The notes: generated from the sequence alone by a model not told the origin. DNA of 24,000 bases from Aestuariivirga sp. (GCF_046294715.1 NZ_JBKBKI010000001.1:330116-354115), one strand, 5' to 3'; counted from the first letter of the stretch, positions 7,390 to 15,375 are shown. Translations and numbers: made by a program.

Positions 7390-8618
7390 GCCCGGTCCGC
7401 AGAGGCCTTGTGTCCGACCTTTTTGAAGGCGTGGTGGCCAAGCGGCTCACGCTGGTCGAGACGGTCACAGAGCGGTCCAACCAGCATGAGTTTCAGGGAA
7501 CGGAGCCGCTACGCGCCCTGTTCGGAGACGCCAACCGCAAGGGCATATCCACCCGTTTCATCCGCTTCACGACGGATGGCGACACCGTCAGCGAGGACGG
7601 TTTCATCAGTTGGTCCAACGTGCGCGAGGGCAAGCCCCGTGCCGCCGAGTATCACTGCTACTACAACGGCAATGCCGTAACGAACGCCATGCAGGTTGGC
7701 GAAACCCTGTTTCTAGCGCTCCGTCGCGACGGCACAGCGCTGGCCATCATCACGCCGCCCGACAGCACGACCCAGAGCCAGCTGGTCTGGCTGTTCGGTC
7801 TCACAGACGCAGCCGTGTCCGGCATCGAGTTCAGGGATATCGCCCACGAGCAGCCGAAGGAGCTGAGCCTTGCCGCCCGCTATGTGCTGGACGAGCTGGG
7901 CATCGTCATTGAGGAGGAAGGCGCAGACCTGGACGGCCTGACTGAGAAATTTGGCGTGGAGTTTCCGACGACACGGGTATTCTCGGAGCTGGCCCGCTCC
8001 TCTCTTGGCAGGGAGGTCGAGGCCCGCGACAATCCCGACACCGTATTGATGGCGTGGCTGGAACGCGAGGAGCTGCTGTTCCGTCGCCTAGAGCGCCGCG
8101 TGGTGGCCGAGCGCCTGAAGGGAGGCTTCATATCGGCCGGAGGCGAAGCCAATGTGGAAGACTTCATCGCCTTCTCTCTCAGCGTCCAGAACCGCCGCAA
8201 GGCTCGTGCAGGGCAGTCACTGGAGCTACACCTTGAGGCCCTTTTCAGCGCTCACGGTATCCGTTTTGCACGCGGGGGTGAGACAGAGAACAAGAACAAG
8301 CCGGATTTTCTGTTTCCCGGAGCGGCCGAGTACCGTGATGAGACCTTCCCCGTGGCCCGTCTCACCATGCTGGGAGCCAAGTCCACACTGAAGGACCGCT
8401 GGCGGCAGGTACTTTCAGAAGCCCGCAGGATCGAACACAAGCACCTTGTCACACTTGAGCCTAGTATCTCGGAAGCCCAGACGAACCAGATGCAGGCCGA
8501 GAAACTTCAGCTGGTAGTGCCGAAGCGGATTCAGGAGACATTCCGCGTCGGACAACGGACGTGGCTTATGACGGTATCGGATTTTGTCGGGTTGGTGAGA
8601 GAGCGGCAGGCATTATGA
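7386..8618 (+). CDS. Type II restriction endonuclease, EcoRII family
   Basis: The C-terminal half (SVQNRRKARAGQSLELHLEALF...NKPDFLFPG...YRDETFPVARLTMLGAKSTLKDRWRQVLSEARRIEHKHLVTLEPSISEAQ...LQLVVP) closely matches my recollection of the EcoRII catalytic domain (SNRRKSRAGKSLELHLE...KKPDFLFPS...MLAVKTTCKDRWRQILNEA...LVVP). ATG 7386 overlaps the vsr stop (ATGA). The 410-aa length compares with ~404 aa for EcoRII. The 7164-7385 extension in the ORF track lies inside vsr and is not credible. Confidence 0.85.
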   Translation: MSPVRRGLVSDLFEGVVAKRLTLVETVTERSNQHEFQGTEPLRALFGDANRKGISTRFIRFTTDGDTVSEDGFISWSNVREGKPRAAEYHCYYNGNAVTNAMQVGETLFLALRRDGTALAIITPPDSTTQSQLVWLFGLTDAAVSGIEFRDIAHEQPKELSLAARYVLDELGIVIEEEGADLDGLTEKFGVEFPTTRVFSELARSSLGREVEARDNPDTVLMAWLEREELLFRRLERRVVAERLKGGFISAGGEANVEDFIAFSLSVQNRRKARAGQSLELHLEALFSAHGIRFARGGETENKNKPDFLFPGAAEYRDETFPVARLTMLGAKSTLKDRWRQVLSEARRIEHKHLVTLEPSISEAQTNQMQAEKLQLVVPKRIQETFRVGQRTWLMTVSDFVGLVRERQAL

Positions 8619-8668
8619 CCAGTTTCCCGCCTTATTGTGCCGCTTCTCCTGTGTGTTAGGCTACCAGC

Positions 8669-9805
8669 ATGCCAAAAGAGGAAATCCCCATAAATCCGGC
8701 TATAGTCACGTGGGCGCGCGAGCGCTCCGGCTTGACTGTTGAGGATGCAGAGCAATCCTTCAAGAATATTGAAGCTTGGGAAGCGGGAGAAGTATTTCCC
8801 TCCTATCCCCAGCTTGAGCAGATGTCTGAAGCGTTCAAGATTCCAATAGCAGTTTTCTTTTTCCCATCCCCACCTTCGACTCCTCCGATAGCGGAAACAT
8901 TCCGCACCTTGCCGGACGCCGAGTTCTCACATCTTCCCAACCAGGTCAGGCTTCTTCTCAGGAAGGGCAAGGCGATGCAGATGAACCTTGCGGAGTTGAA
9001 TCAGGGGCGCAATCCGGCCGAGAGGCTTATAACCCGTGACCTGACCTTTCCCCCACAAATTGGCGTGGCAGACATGGCACGCGAGGTAAGGGAATATCTC
9101 GGCATTGACATTGAAACCCAGAAGTCTTGGGAGGATGCAGATACAGCGCTGAAGGAGTGGCGCAGCATCCTGCTCAAAGTTGGGGTCTACGTATTCAAGG
9201 AAGCTTTCAAGGCCAGGGACTTCTCAGGCTTCTGTCTGTATGATGAATTGTTCCCGGTCATCTACGTCAACAACAGCGCCTCGAAGACCAGGCAGATATT
9301 CACTATTTTCCACGAGCTGGCGCACCTCCTCTTCCATACCAGCGGCATAGACAAGATTCACGACGACTACATTGCCAAACTGGACGACCAGTCCCAGAGG
9401 ATTGAGATCCTCTGCAATGAATTTGCAGCCCGCTTCCTGGTACCTGAAGATGCATTCAGCAAGGAGCTTCTGGGCAAGCAGCCAACCGAGGCATCGGCAA
9501 CGCAGATTGCATCCCTGTTCCATGTCAGCAGGGAGGTCATCTTCCGTATGTTTCTGAGCCGACGGCTCATCACGGAACAGGTCTATACTGAGGCAGCGAA
9601 GCGTTGGGCAGAGCAGAAAAAGGAAGGAAGCGGAGGCGACTATTATCGGACCAAAATCGCCTATCTCGGCCGGGATTACATATCACTCGCATTCAATCAG
9701 TATTACCGCAATCGCATCGATAGAGAGCAGCTTGCGGAATACCTCGATACCAAGCCGAAGAACCTTGGTGCTCTTGAAGAGTATTTTGTCCGGGGTGGTG
9801 CATAA
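8669..9805 (+). CDS. XRE-family HTH fused to an ImmA/IrrE-type (COG2856, DUF955) zinc metallopeptidase
   Basis: The N-terminus (VTWARERSGLTVEDAEQSFKNIEAWEAGEVFPSYPQLEQMSEAFKIPIAVFF) is an HTH_XRE-like domain. The HExxH zinc motif is HELAHLLFH (nt 9311-9325 encode HELAH). This architecture is typical of HTH-COG2856 fusions. Confidence 0.85.
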   Translation: MPKEEIPINPAIVTWARERSGLTVEDAEQSFKNIEAWEAGEVFPSYPQLEQMSEAFKIPIAVFFFPSPPSTPPIAETFRTLPDAEFSHLPNQVRLLLRKGKAMQMNLAELNQGRNPAERLITRDLTFPPQIGVADMAREVREYLGIDIETQKSWEDADTALKEWRSILLKVGVYVFKEAFKARDFSGFCLYDELFPVIYVNNSASKTRQIFTIFHELAHLLFHTSGIDKIHDDYIAKLDDQSQRIEILCNEFAARFLVPEDAFSKELLGKQPTEASATQIASLFHVSREVIFRMFLSRRLITEQVYTEAAKRWAEQKKEGSGGDYYRTKIAYLGRDYISLAFNQYYRNRIDREQLAEYLDTKPKNLGALEEYFVRGGA

Positions 9806-10272
9806 TGTACGTGTTCGATACCTCCCCGCTGTCTGCGCTCTTCAAGAACTACTACCCTGCCCGCTTCCCATCGCTATGGACCAAGTTTGACGGGCTAGTC
9901 ACGAGTGGCGCCGTTGTATCAACGCGAGAGTGCTTCCGGGAACTGGTAGACGGCCCGGTTGAAAGTGCTGTGCAGTGGGCCTCGGATAACAAGCATATAT
10001 TCGCCACTCCTGTTGCCGATGAAGGCAAATTTGTTGCGCAGATTTATGGTGTGCCACACTTCCAGCAGAACATTGAGGCCCAAAAAATTCTGAAAGGGGG
10101 CAAGAATGCAGACCCCTTCATTATCGCCAAGGCAGCTGTGGAGAAACGGTCAGTTGTCACAATGGAGCAGTTCAAAACCAACGCTGCAAAGATTCCGAAT
10201 ATCTGCAAACACTTTGGCGTTTCGTGCCTGTCACTTGAAGAATTTATGGAAGCTGAAGGTTGGAAATTCTAG
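9805..10272 (+). CDS. DUF4411 family protein (PIN-like nuclease fold), putative toxin/effector partner of the upstream HTH-peptidase
   Basis: 155-aa ORF whose ATG overlaps the upstream TAA (TAATG). The N-terminal MYVFDTSPL and later KNADPFIIAKAA resemble the conserved acidic positions of DUF4411/PIN-like proteins. Adjacency to an HTH-ImmA/IrrE gene is the usual DUF4411 context. Confidence 0.7.
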   Translation: MYVFDTSPLSALFKNYYPARFPSLWTKFDGLVTSGAVVSTRECFRELVDGPVESAVQWASDNKHIFATPVADEGKFVAQIYGVPHFQQNIEAQKILKGGKNADPFIIAKAAVEKRSVVTMEQFKTNAAKIPNICKHFGVSCLSLEEFMEAEGWKF

Positions 10273-10358
10273 CGTGCCGAGCCCGCATGAGCACCTCTTG
10301 AAATCTGTGGTGCGGGCGGCCTAACGTATCTTCCAAGACAGGCTAGGTGACAATTCCA

Positions 10359-10733
10359 ATGGAAGATGACGAAGCATTTACAGGAAAAGCCGCTCCAAAG
10401 AACCCCAGAGCAAGTGCGCGTGGAAAACTTCGGCGCCGTCTGATGTGGCTTCAAGCATCCCTTCATGAGGTTGAACTCACTATTGAAGAGGTATTCTCCG
10501 CTCCGGGAAAAACATACAAGAAGGAGGAGCTCGAGCGGATAACGACTGCGATAGCAGATTTCCGCAATGTGACAGGTCTGACTGGAGACGGGCTTCCCCA
10601 AATTTCGCCAATCTCTAATGAAGCGCTTGAAAGGGCACTCTTCGGCCTTGGTGACAGCCTAGCGCCATACGAAGCCAACACAGCCCCGCTCATTGCAAGT
10701 ATCGGTTTGGCAAAAGACGACGACCCGGAGTAA
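10359..10733 (+). CDS. Hypothetical protein (no recognisable domain)
   Basis: ORF of 124 aa from ATG 10359 (128 aa from GTG 10347). It lies on the same strand, ~90 nt downstream of DUF4411, in a lower-GC stretch. I recognise no motif. Support is only ORF length and the absence of competing ORFs. Confidence 0.3.
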   Translation: MEDDEAFTGKAAPKNPRASARGKLRRRLMWLQASLHEVELTIEEVFSAPGKTYKKEELERITTAIADFRNVTGLTGDGLPQISPISNEALERALFGLGDSLAPYEANTAPLIASIGLAKDDDPE

Positions 10734-10790
10734 TTCGGCACGACAATCTTCACTGCAGAAGGTTTAGCCGCTCTGCATGCTGTTTCATAA

Positions 10791-10860
10791 GTCTCTAATG
10801 GCGCAACAGACCATTAGTCTCTATTGATCAATCTCGTGCCTGTTTTACAAGTCTATTGCA
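10791..10860. repeat. Three direct copies of GTCT(CT)ATTG plus a 7-bp inverted repeat (CTAATGG/CCATTAG) in an AT-rich non-coding gap
   Basis: GTCTCTAATG at 10791-10800, GTCTCTATTG at 10817-10826 and GTCT--ATTG at 10851-10858. CTAATGG (10794-10800) pairs with CCATTAG (10810-10816). Function unknown. Confidence 0.2.
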
Positions 10861-11123
10861 GATCACATTGTCCGTTTTCTTCCAACGGTCGCTTTGCCAA
10901 GTATTGTTATAAATGCTGTTCAAGAGGTCCGACGGGAGCATATCGCAGTCACCAGTTCTGCGCGAAGTACTGAGCCCTGTCTTCCATGACCCCCATTATG
11001 CGAACGGCAGCACACTCATTTCTGGCACCTCACTTGCTGTCAGTGAATAGAGAACGGCGCTATTACATCTTCATTCGCGAGTTGAAATATCTGACGGAAA
11101 GGCAGTTAGCTGATTCGCTGCCG

Positions 11124-11510
11124 TCATTTCTGTATGATCAGGTCACGAAATGCTACAAAGGCGCGATTGGTCTCTGCGGCGCGACGTGCCTTCTCCTCCA
11201 GGACTTCGATCAACGACACCTTGCGTGAGAGGACCTCGTACAGATCAAGCCCGTCGGCGCAAATCAGATTGGTTTGTCGTCCACGCGAAAATGCCTCCAA
11301 CCCGTCGGCCGAGAAGCCGGAATTGCTGACGAACAGACCGCGCGACCAAGAGGCTTTGCCGGCGACCTTCCCAGAGAACGTCATCAAGTCGGCGAATCCA
11401 ATCTGCGGCCCATGCCACTTAGCTTCCACCAAATAAGTCTGTCCCTGCAGATTAAAGCTGCCGTCGATCTGCTCGCCAACGAGGCGAAACGCACCGCGTG
11501 GCGCCAGCAT
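11124..11510 (-). pseudogene. C-terminal fragment of an Mrr-like (PD-(D/E)XK) restriction endonuclease domain protein
   Basis: [70 protein letters not shown] is a D...E-x-K Mrr_cat-type core. An in-frame stop sits 5 codons upstream of the first Met, and the N-terminal part normally found in this family is absent. Confidence 0.6.
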
Positions 11511-12273
11511 CGACCCGCGTCGGAGTTAGGCCGAGTGTGAGCGGAACGGCGTGCTGCTCACCCGCGATGGCGATCAGGCGGTCGCTGATCCGCTGCGCGG
11601 TAGCAACCACCTCGGCATGGCCGGCAAGCTCGGCTTGCGCCTCGTTTACTTGATCTTGGATTTCGTCGCGAGCGTCTTCGTCAAGCGAAGTGGCCAACTG
11701 TTCGATCAACGGCCTCAGCGGCGAATTTCGCCAGCTCGACAGGTCTTTCTCGGCGTCGCGCAGCGCCACCTGAACGTCGAGCGGTAGCATCCGGCGCAAG
11801 GATGACCCGATCGCCATATCGGGATCGTCGCCGCCGAAAATGACATACTCGTAGTCGGCCAGACTTTCGGGATTACGGCCGAGATTTCCCTTTGGCTGGA
11901 AGCGGTAAGTGAGACGCGCGACCATGGGCGGGCCTGGGTCCACTACGCAGTCGTTAAGGTGCGCCATCAGGCGCGGGTCGCCGGTGAAATCGGTCAGATC
12001 GACAGAGATTTCGATCGTCTCGCCTAGCTTGTCCTCGTTCAGGACGTCCCAGAAGTGTTCGAGGCCGAGTTGGCGATCACGCTCCGACAGCCCAGGATCG
12101 AGGATCAATTGCAAGGCGCGAATGAAGTTGCTTTTCCCAACCTTGTTTTCACCGACAATGACAATGCTGGAGCCAGTCTTTACTTCAAGGGCCGAAAAAT
12201 TGGCGAAGTTCTTGATCGTAATCGATGATATGTGCAATGCATTACACTCTATGTTCGGAAACTGAGACAACAT
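11452..12273 (-). pseudogene. N-terminal fragment of an OLD-family/ABC-type (AAA_15-like) ATPase
   Basis: ITIKNFANFSALEVKTGSSIVIVGENKVGKSNFIRALQLILDP is the N-terminal beta-strand plus Walker A of OLD/Gabija-GajA-like ATPases. ALRDAEKDLSSWRNSPLRPLIEQL is the typical mid-region. The ABC signature, Walker B and any nuclease domain are missing, and the ORF ends in out-of-context sequence that overlaps the Mrr fragment. Confidence 0.6.
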
Positions 12274-12330
12274 ACCCCGAAGTAAACTGGCGCGAATAGG
12301 TTTTTCGATAAGACTTCGTATTGACGCTGG

Positions 12331-12470
12331 ACTTCCTTCTTAAAGGAAGCATTGCTGTTGATCACTGCGTTCCAAAACCTAGACGACAACAGCAGAGGAC
12401 GCCCGCTATTGCGGGCTTAGGGTGGTACGAGGGCTGGATTGGCCAGCCATCGAGCTCAAGGAGCACCACC
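12331..12470 (+). promoter_or_regulatory. Structured leader upstream of DUF3489 gene (copy 1)
   Basis: Hairpin 1: CTTCCT(12332-12337)/AGGAAG(12344-12349). Hairpin 2: GCCCGC-TATT-GCGGGC (12401-12416). GGTGGT (12421-12426) is complementary to ACCACC (12465-12470), which abuts the ATG. Hairpin 3: GGCTGG(12432-12437)/CCAGCC(12443-12448). The same architecture recurs at 15249-15375. Confidence 0.4.
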
Positions 12471-12710
12471 ATGGCAAAGAAGGCAATCAAGTCCAAGAAG
12501 CAGGCAGCGAACAAGACCCAGCAGATCCTCGGATTGCTCCAGCGCCCAAATGGCGCATCGATCCCCGAACTGATCAAAGCCACTGAATGGCAAGCGCACA
12601 GCGTGCGCGGGTTCCTGGCCGGGACGGTCAGGAAGAAGATGGGCCTGGATATCACCAGCAGCCGGGAGGATGGCAAGGACCGCCGTTATCGCATCGCCGG
12701 AGCCCAGTGA
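12471..12710 (+). CDS. DUF3489 domain protein (module 1)
   Basis: AAGGAG Shine-Dalgarno before ATG 12471. LLQRPNGASIPELIKATEWQAHSVRGFLAGTVRKKMGLDITSSREDGKDRRYRI matches the GWQxHSVRGFxxGxxxKKxGL...RxYRI signature I associate with DUF3489 (PF11994). The 12321 start in the ORF track covers the non-coding leader. Confidence 0.75.
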   Translation: MAKKAIKSKKQAANKTQQILGLLQRPNGASIPELIKATEWQAHSVRGFLAGTVRKKMGLDITSSREDGKDRRYRIAGAQ

Positions 12711-13288
12711 TGGCTTGTCAGAAGCAACATGGCATCGGCAAGGCAGCGCCCGACACAGAGGTTGGGCGCCAGTTGCTGCAGCAGATCCACATGCTGCAGG
12801 ACAAGAGTATTGCCCAGTTAAAGTCACAGTGGAAGGAGTTGATCAGTTCAGAGCCGCCGCGGCATGCGAAGCGGAGTTTCCTGACGCAGACGATTGCGTG
12901 GGAGCTCAAGGCAAATACCTTCGGCAAGCTGAAGCCCGGCATCCACCGTCAACTCCTGCAAGCGGGTCGTGGTGGAGGAGATGAGAAGCCGCTGGTGTCA
13001 GAGTTTGCGTCTCCGATCTTGCGCCCCGGAGTAAAGCTGATCCGGGTCTGGAAGGGCGTGACCCACCATGTGCTGGTGACGGAGGATGGCTTCCTCTGGC
13101 AGGAGCGCTCATGGCGCAGCCTGTCGGTCATCGCCCGAGAGATCTCCGGCACGCCGTGGTCCGGGCCGGTATTCTTCGGTCTGAAGAAGTCGAAGACTGT
13201 TCGTGACGGGATGCGCAGCACTCTCGGGGTCGATGACGGCATTGGGGACCATTCTTTGGGCATCGATAAGGTGGCGTCCCATGGCTAG
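12710..13288 (+). CDS. DUF2924 domain protein (module 1)
   Basis: ATG 12710 overlaps the upstream TGA (TGATG). LKSQWKELISSEPP...RSFLTQTIAWELKANTFGKL...LRPGVKLIRVWKGVTHHVLVTEDGFLWQERSWRSLSVIAREISGTPWSGPVFFGL is the DUF2924 (PF11149) pattern. Confidence 0.75.
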   Translation: MACQKQHGIGKAAPDTEVGRQLLQQIHMLQDKSIAQLKSQWKELISSEPPRHAKRSFLTQTIAWELKANTFGKLKPGIHRQLLQAGRGGGDEKPLVSEFASPILRPGVKLIRVWKGVTHHVLVTEDGFLWQERSWRSLSVIAREISGTPWSGPVFFGLKKSKTVRDGMRSTLGVDDGIGDHSLGIDKVASHG

Positions 13289-14778
13289 CCCACCCAAGAC
13301 CGTCCGCTGTGCCATCTATACCCGAAAGTCTTCCGAAAAAGGCCTTGAGCAGGACTTCAACTCGCTGGATGCCCAGCATGAAGCCTGCGAAGCCTACATC
13401 AAGAGCCAGAAGCACGAGGGCTGGGAAGCCGTTCATCACAAGACGGGCCGCCTGACGCTCAATGTTCTGCTCTCCTTCGCTCAGTTCGAGCGCGAGGTCA
13501 CCGGCGAGCGCATCCGGGGCAAGATCGCAGCCTCCAAGAAGAAGGGCATGTGGATGGGAGGCTGCGTCCCGCTGGGTACCGGGTCGAGAAGCGGGAACTG
13601 GTCATCGACGAGCAGGAGGCCCAGCATATCCGGACGGTCTACGAGAAGTACCTCGAGCTTGGCTCGGTCCGCTCCGTAAAGGATGCGGTCGATACCTTGG
13701 GCATTACCAGCCGCCCCACCTCAAGGACGTCTGGCAGCTTTCTGGGCCGTGGTCACATCTACCGCATCCTGACCAACCCCATCTACATGGGCAAGATCTC
13801 GCACAAGGGTGTCTTGAGCGAGGGTCAGCACAAGGCGATCATTGAGCCCAAGACTTGGCAGAAGGTGCAGGAGATGCTGCAGGCCAACAATGCCCGGGAG
13901 CGGGACCAGCCCAATGCTGCGGTATCGAGCCCTCTCGCCAGCATCATCTTTGATGAACAAGGTAAGCGGCTCACCCCCAGCCATGCGGTCAAGGGTGGCA
14001 GGCGGTACCGGTACTACATCTCGAATGTTCTCGTGCGCGAGCCGGGCAACACAAGCGGCATCAGATTATCGGCGCCCGAGATTGAGACTGCGGTCTGCCA
14101 GATCATACACGGCGTTCTACGCGATACCCAGCAGGTGGCATCGATCATCGCAGCGCCCGATCCATCGCCATCCGAAATTGAAGAGTTTGTTGGCCGAGCC
14201 AAGACGTTCGTCAACAGCATCACCAAGAAGCCAGCCTATGAACTGCTGATCGGCCTCAAGCCCGCGTTGGCCCATATCGTTATTGGGACGCAGCAGATCA
14301 TCCTGTCGCTAAAGCGAAGCGCCTTGGAACCATTGTCCGTGGCGCACCAGGACAACAGTCTCACGGAGAACTCATCGCAGTATCAAGCGCGACGAATGAC
14401 CTCCTCACCCTCTCACTGCCGATCCGCGTAGGACGGCGCGGTCGCGAGACTCGCATCATCCTCCAAAGTGGCCAAACCCGGCAGCGGCCTGTCGACCAGT
14501 CACTCGTCACTATGATCGCGCGGGGCTATGCCTGGTGGCACCAGATTGCCGTTGGCGAGGTGAACTCAATGCTAGACATCGCCAAGCGTGAGAAGCTCAC
14601 CGACAGCTATGTGAGCCGCATCGTCACGCTCGGGTTCCTCGCGCCAGACATCATTACTGCAATTCTGGAAGGCACCGCCCCTGCAGAACTGACAGCCAAC
14701 CGACTGCAGGCGCTTCATGATCTCCCGCTCGACTGCCCGAGCCAGCGGCAGATCCTCGGGTTTGCAGCTGCGGGATAA
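13281..14778 (+). pseudogene. Large serine recombinase, decayed (internal deletion of the catalytic domain plus at least two frameshifts)
   Basis: The N-terminus VRCAIYTRKSSEKGLEQDFNSLDAQHEACEAYIKSQKHEGW parallels the intact paralog. It then jumps straight to GRLTLNVLLSFAQFERE, so ~80 aa are missing at ~13425-13447. A frame change occurs at ~13571-13580 (GGCVPLG | YRVEKRELVIDE). The reading frame breaks again near 14400-14511. The C-terminal homology (YVSRIVTLGFLAPDIITAILEG) resumes in ORF 14512-14778. Confidence 0.8.
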
Positions 14779-15248
14779 GTCGCAAGACCATCCGGTGAGT
14801 GAAGAGGCAGCTTTCGAACATGGCGCTGCCTTCACACGTTCCGGTCTCAATATCTGGCTGGGATCGACGACCGCCTGGCCTATAAATCCGAAGAGCGCAC
14901 CAGCTTCTCGCTTTCGATGAATTGCTAGGCAGTTGAACGATAAATGTCGTGGAACCCGATGCTCATGACTTTCACTGACTGCATCACCCCATGATGGTTT
15001 GCATCGGAGATCTTGACTGCCGAAACGCCAAACTAAGAATTCCGAGCAGATCGGCGCGAAAATCCAAGTTGTCTCGGGTGCGGTTCGAAGACCCCGATGC
15101 TAGCCGACGCAAAGCAGGCCCAATCCGCAGGCTTTTTGCGCTACCGACGATACACCTAAGGAATTTATGAAAACACTAGGAATTAATGACGGACCAGATG
15201 GAATTCGAACAGAAGGTACAGTCCCTCTTTCTTCCAGCTTTCCACTCG

Positions 15249-15375
15249 ACTTCCTGCCGAAAGGAAGCATGTGTGGGGACACGACGCCCGGCCAATTGGC
15301 TGACAGCGTCGATAGCCCGCCCCAAGCGGGCTTGCGGTGGTGGGAGGCTTTGGCCTCCGGAACAGGAGAACCACC
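15249..15375 (+). promoter_or_regulatory. Structured leader upstream of DUF3489 gene (copy 2)
   Basis: Hairpin 1: CTTCCT(15250-15255)/AGGAAG(15262-15267). Hairpin 2: GCCCGC-CCCAA-GCGGGC (15315-15331). GGTGGT (15336-15341) is complementary to ACCACC (15370-15375). Hairpin 3: GGAGGC(15343-15348)/GCCTCC(15353-15358). Compared with copy 1, hairpin 3 has three compensatory base-pair changes. Confidence 0.4.

Noticed and set aside
10281-10317. GCCCGCA...TGCGGGC hairpin after the DUF4411 stop as a terminator
   Set aside because: It has a 23-nt loop and no downstream T-run. It is not a convincing intrinsic terminator.
12321-12470. Protein-coding extensions across the DUF3489 leaders (12321-12470; also 15186-15569 and 15337-15375)
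   Set aside because: The translations of the two paralogous leaders are unrelated, whereas the nucleotide hairpins are conserved. Good Shine-Dalgarno sequences precede the downstream ATGs at 12471 and 15376.
14855-14867. TGGCTGGG...ATCGA resembling the 3' end of tRNA-Gln (TGGCTGGGGCGGGAGGGATCGAAC) between the two recombinase modules, as a possible duplicated att/tRNA fragment
   Set aside because: Only an 8-mer plus a 5-mer match, with a 9-nt gap. Serine recombinases do not generate long target duplications. The evidence is too weak to distinguish from chance.
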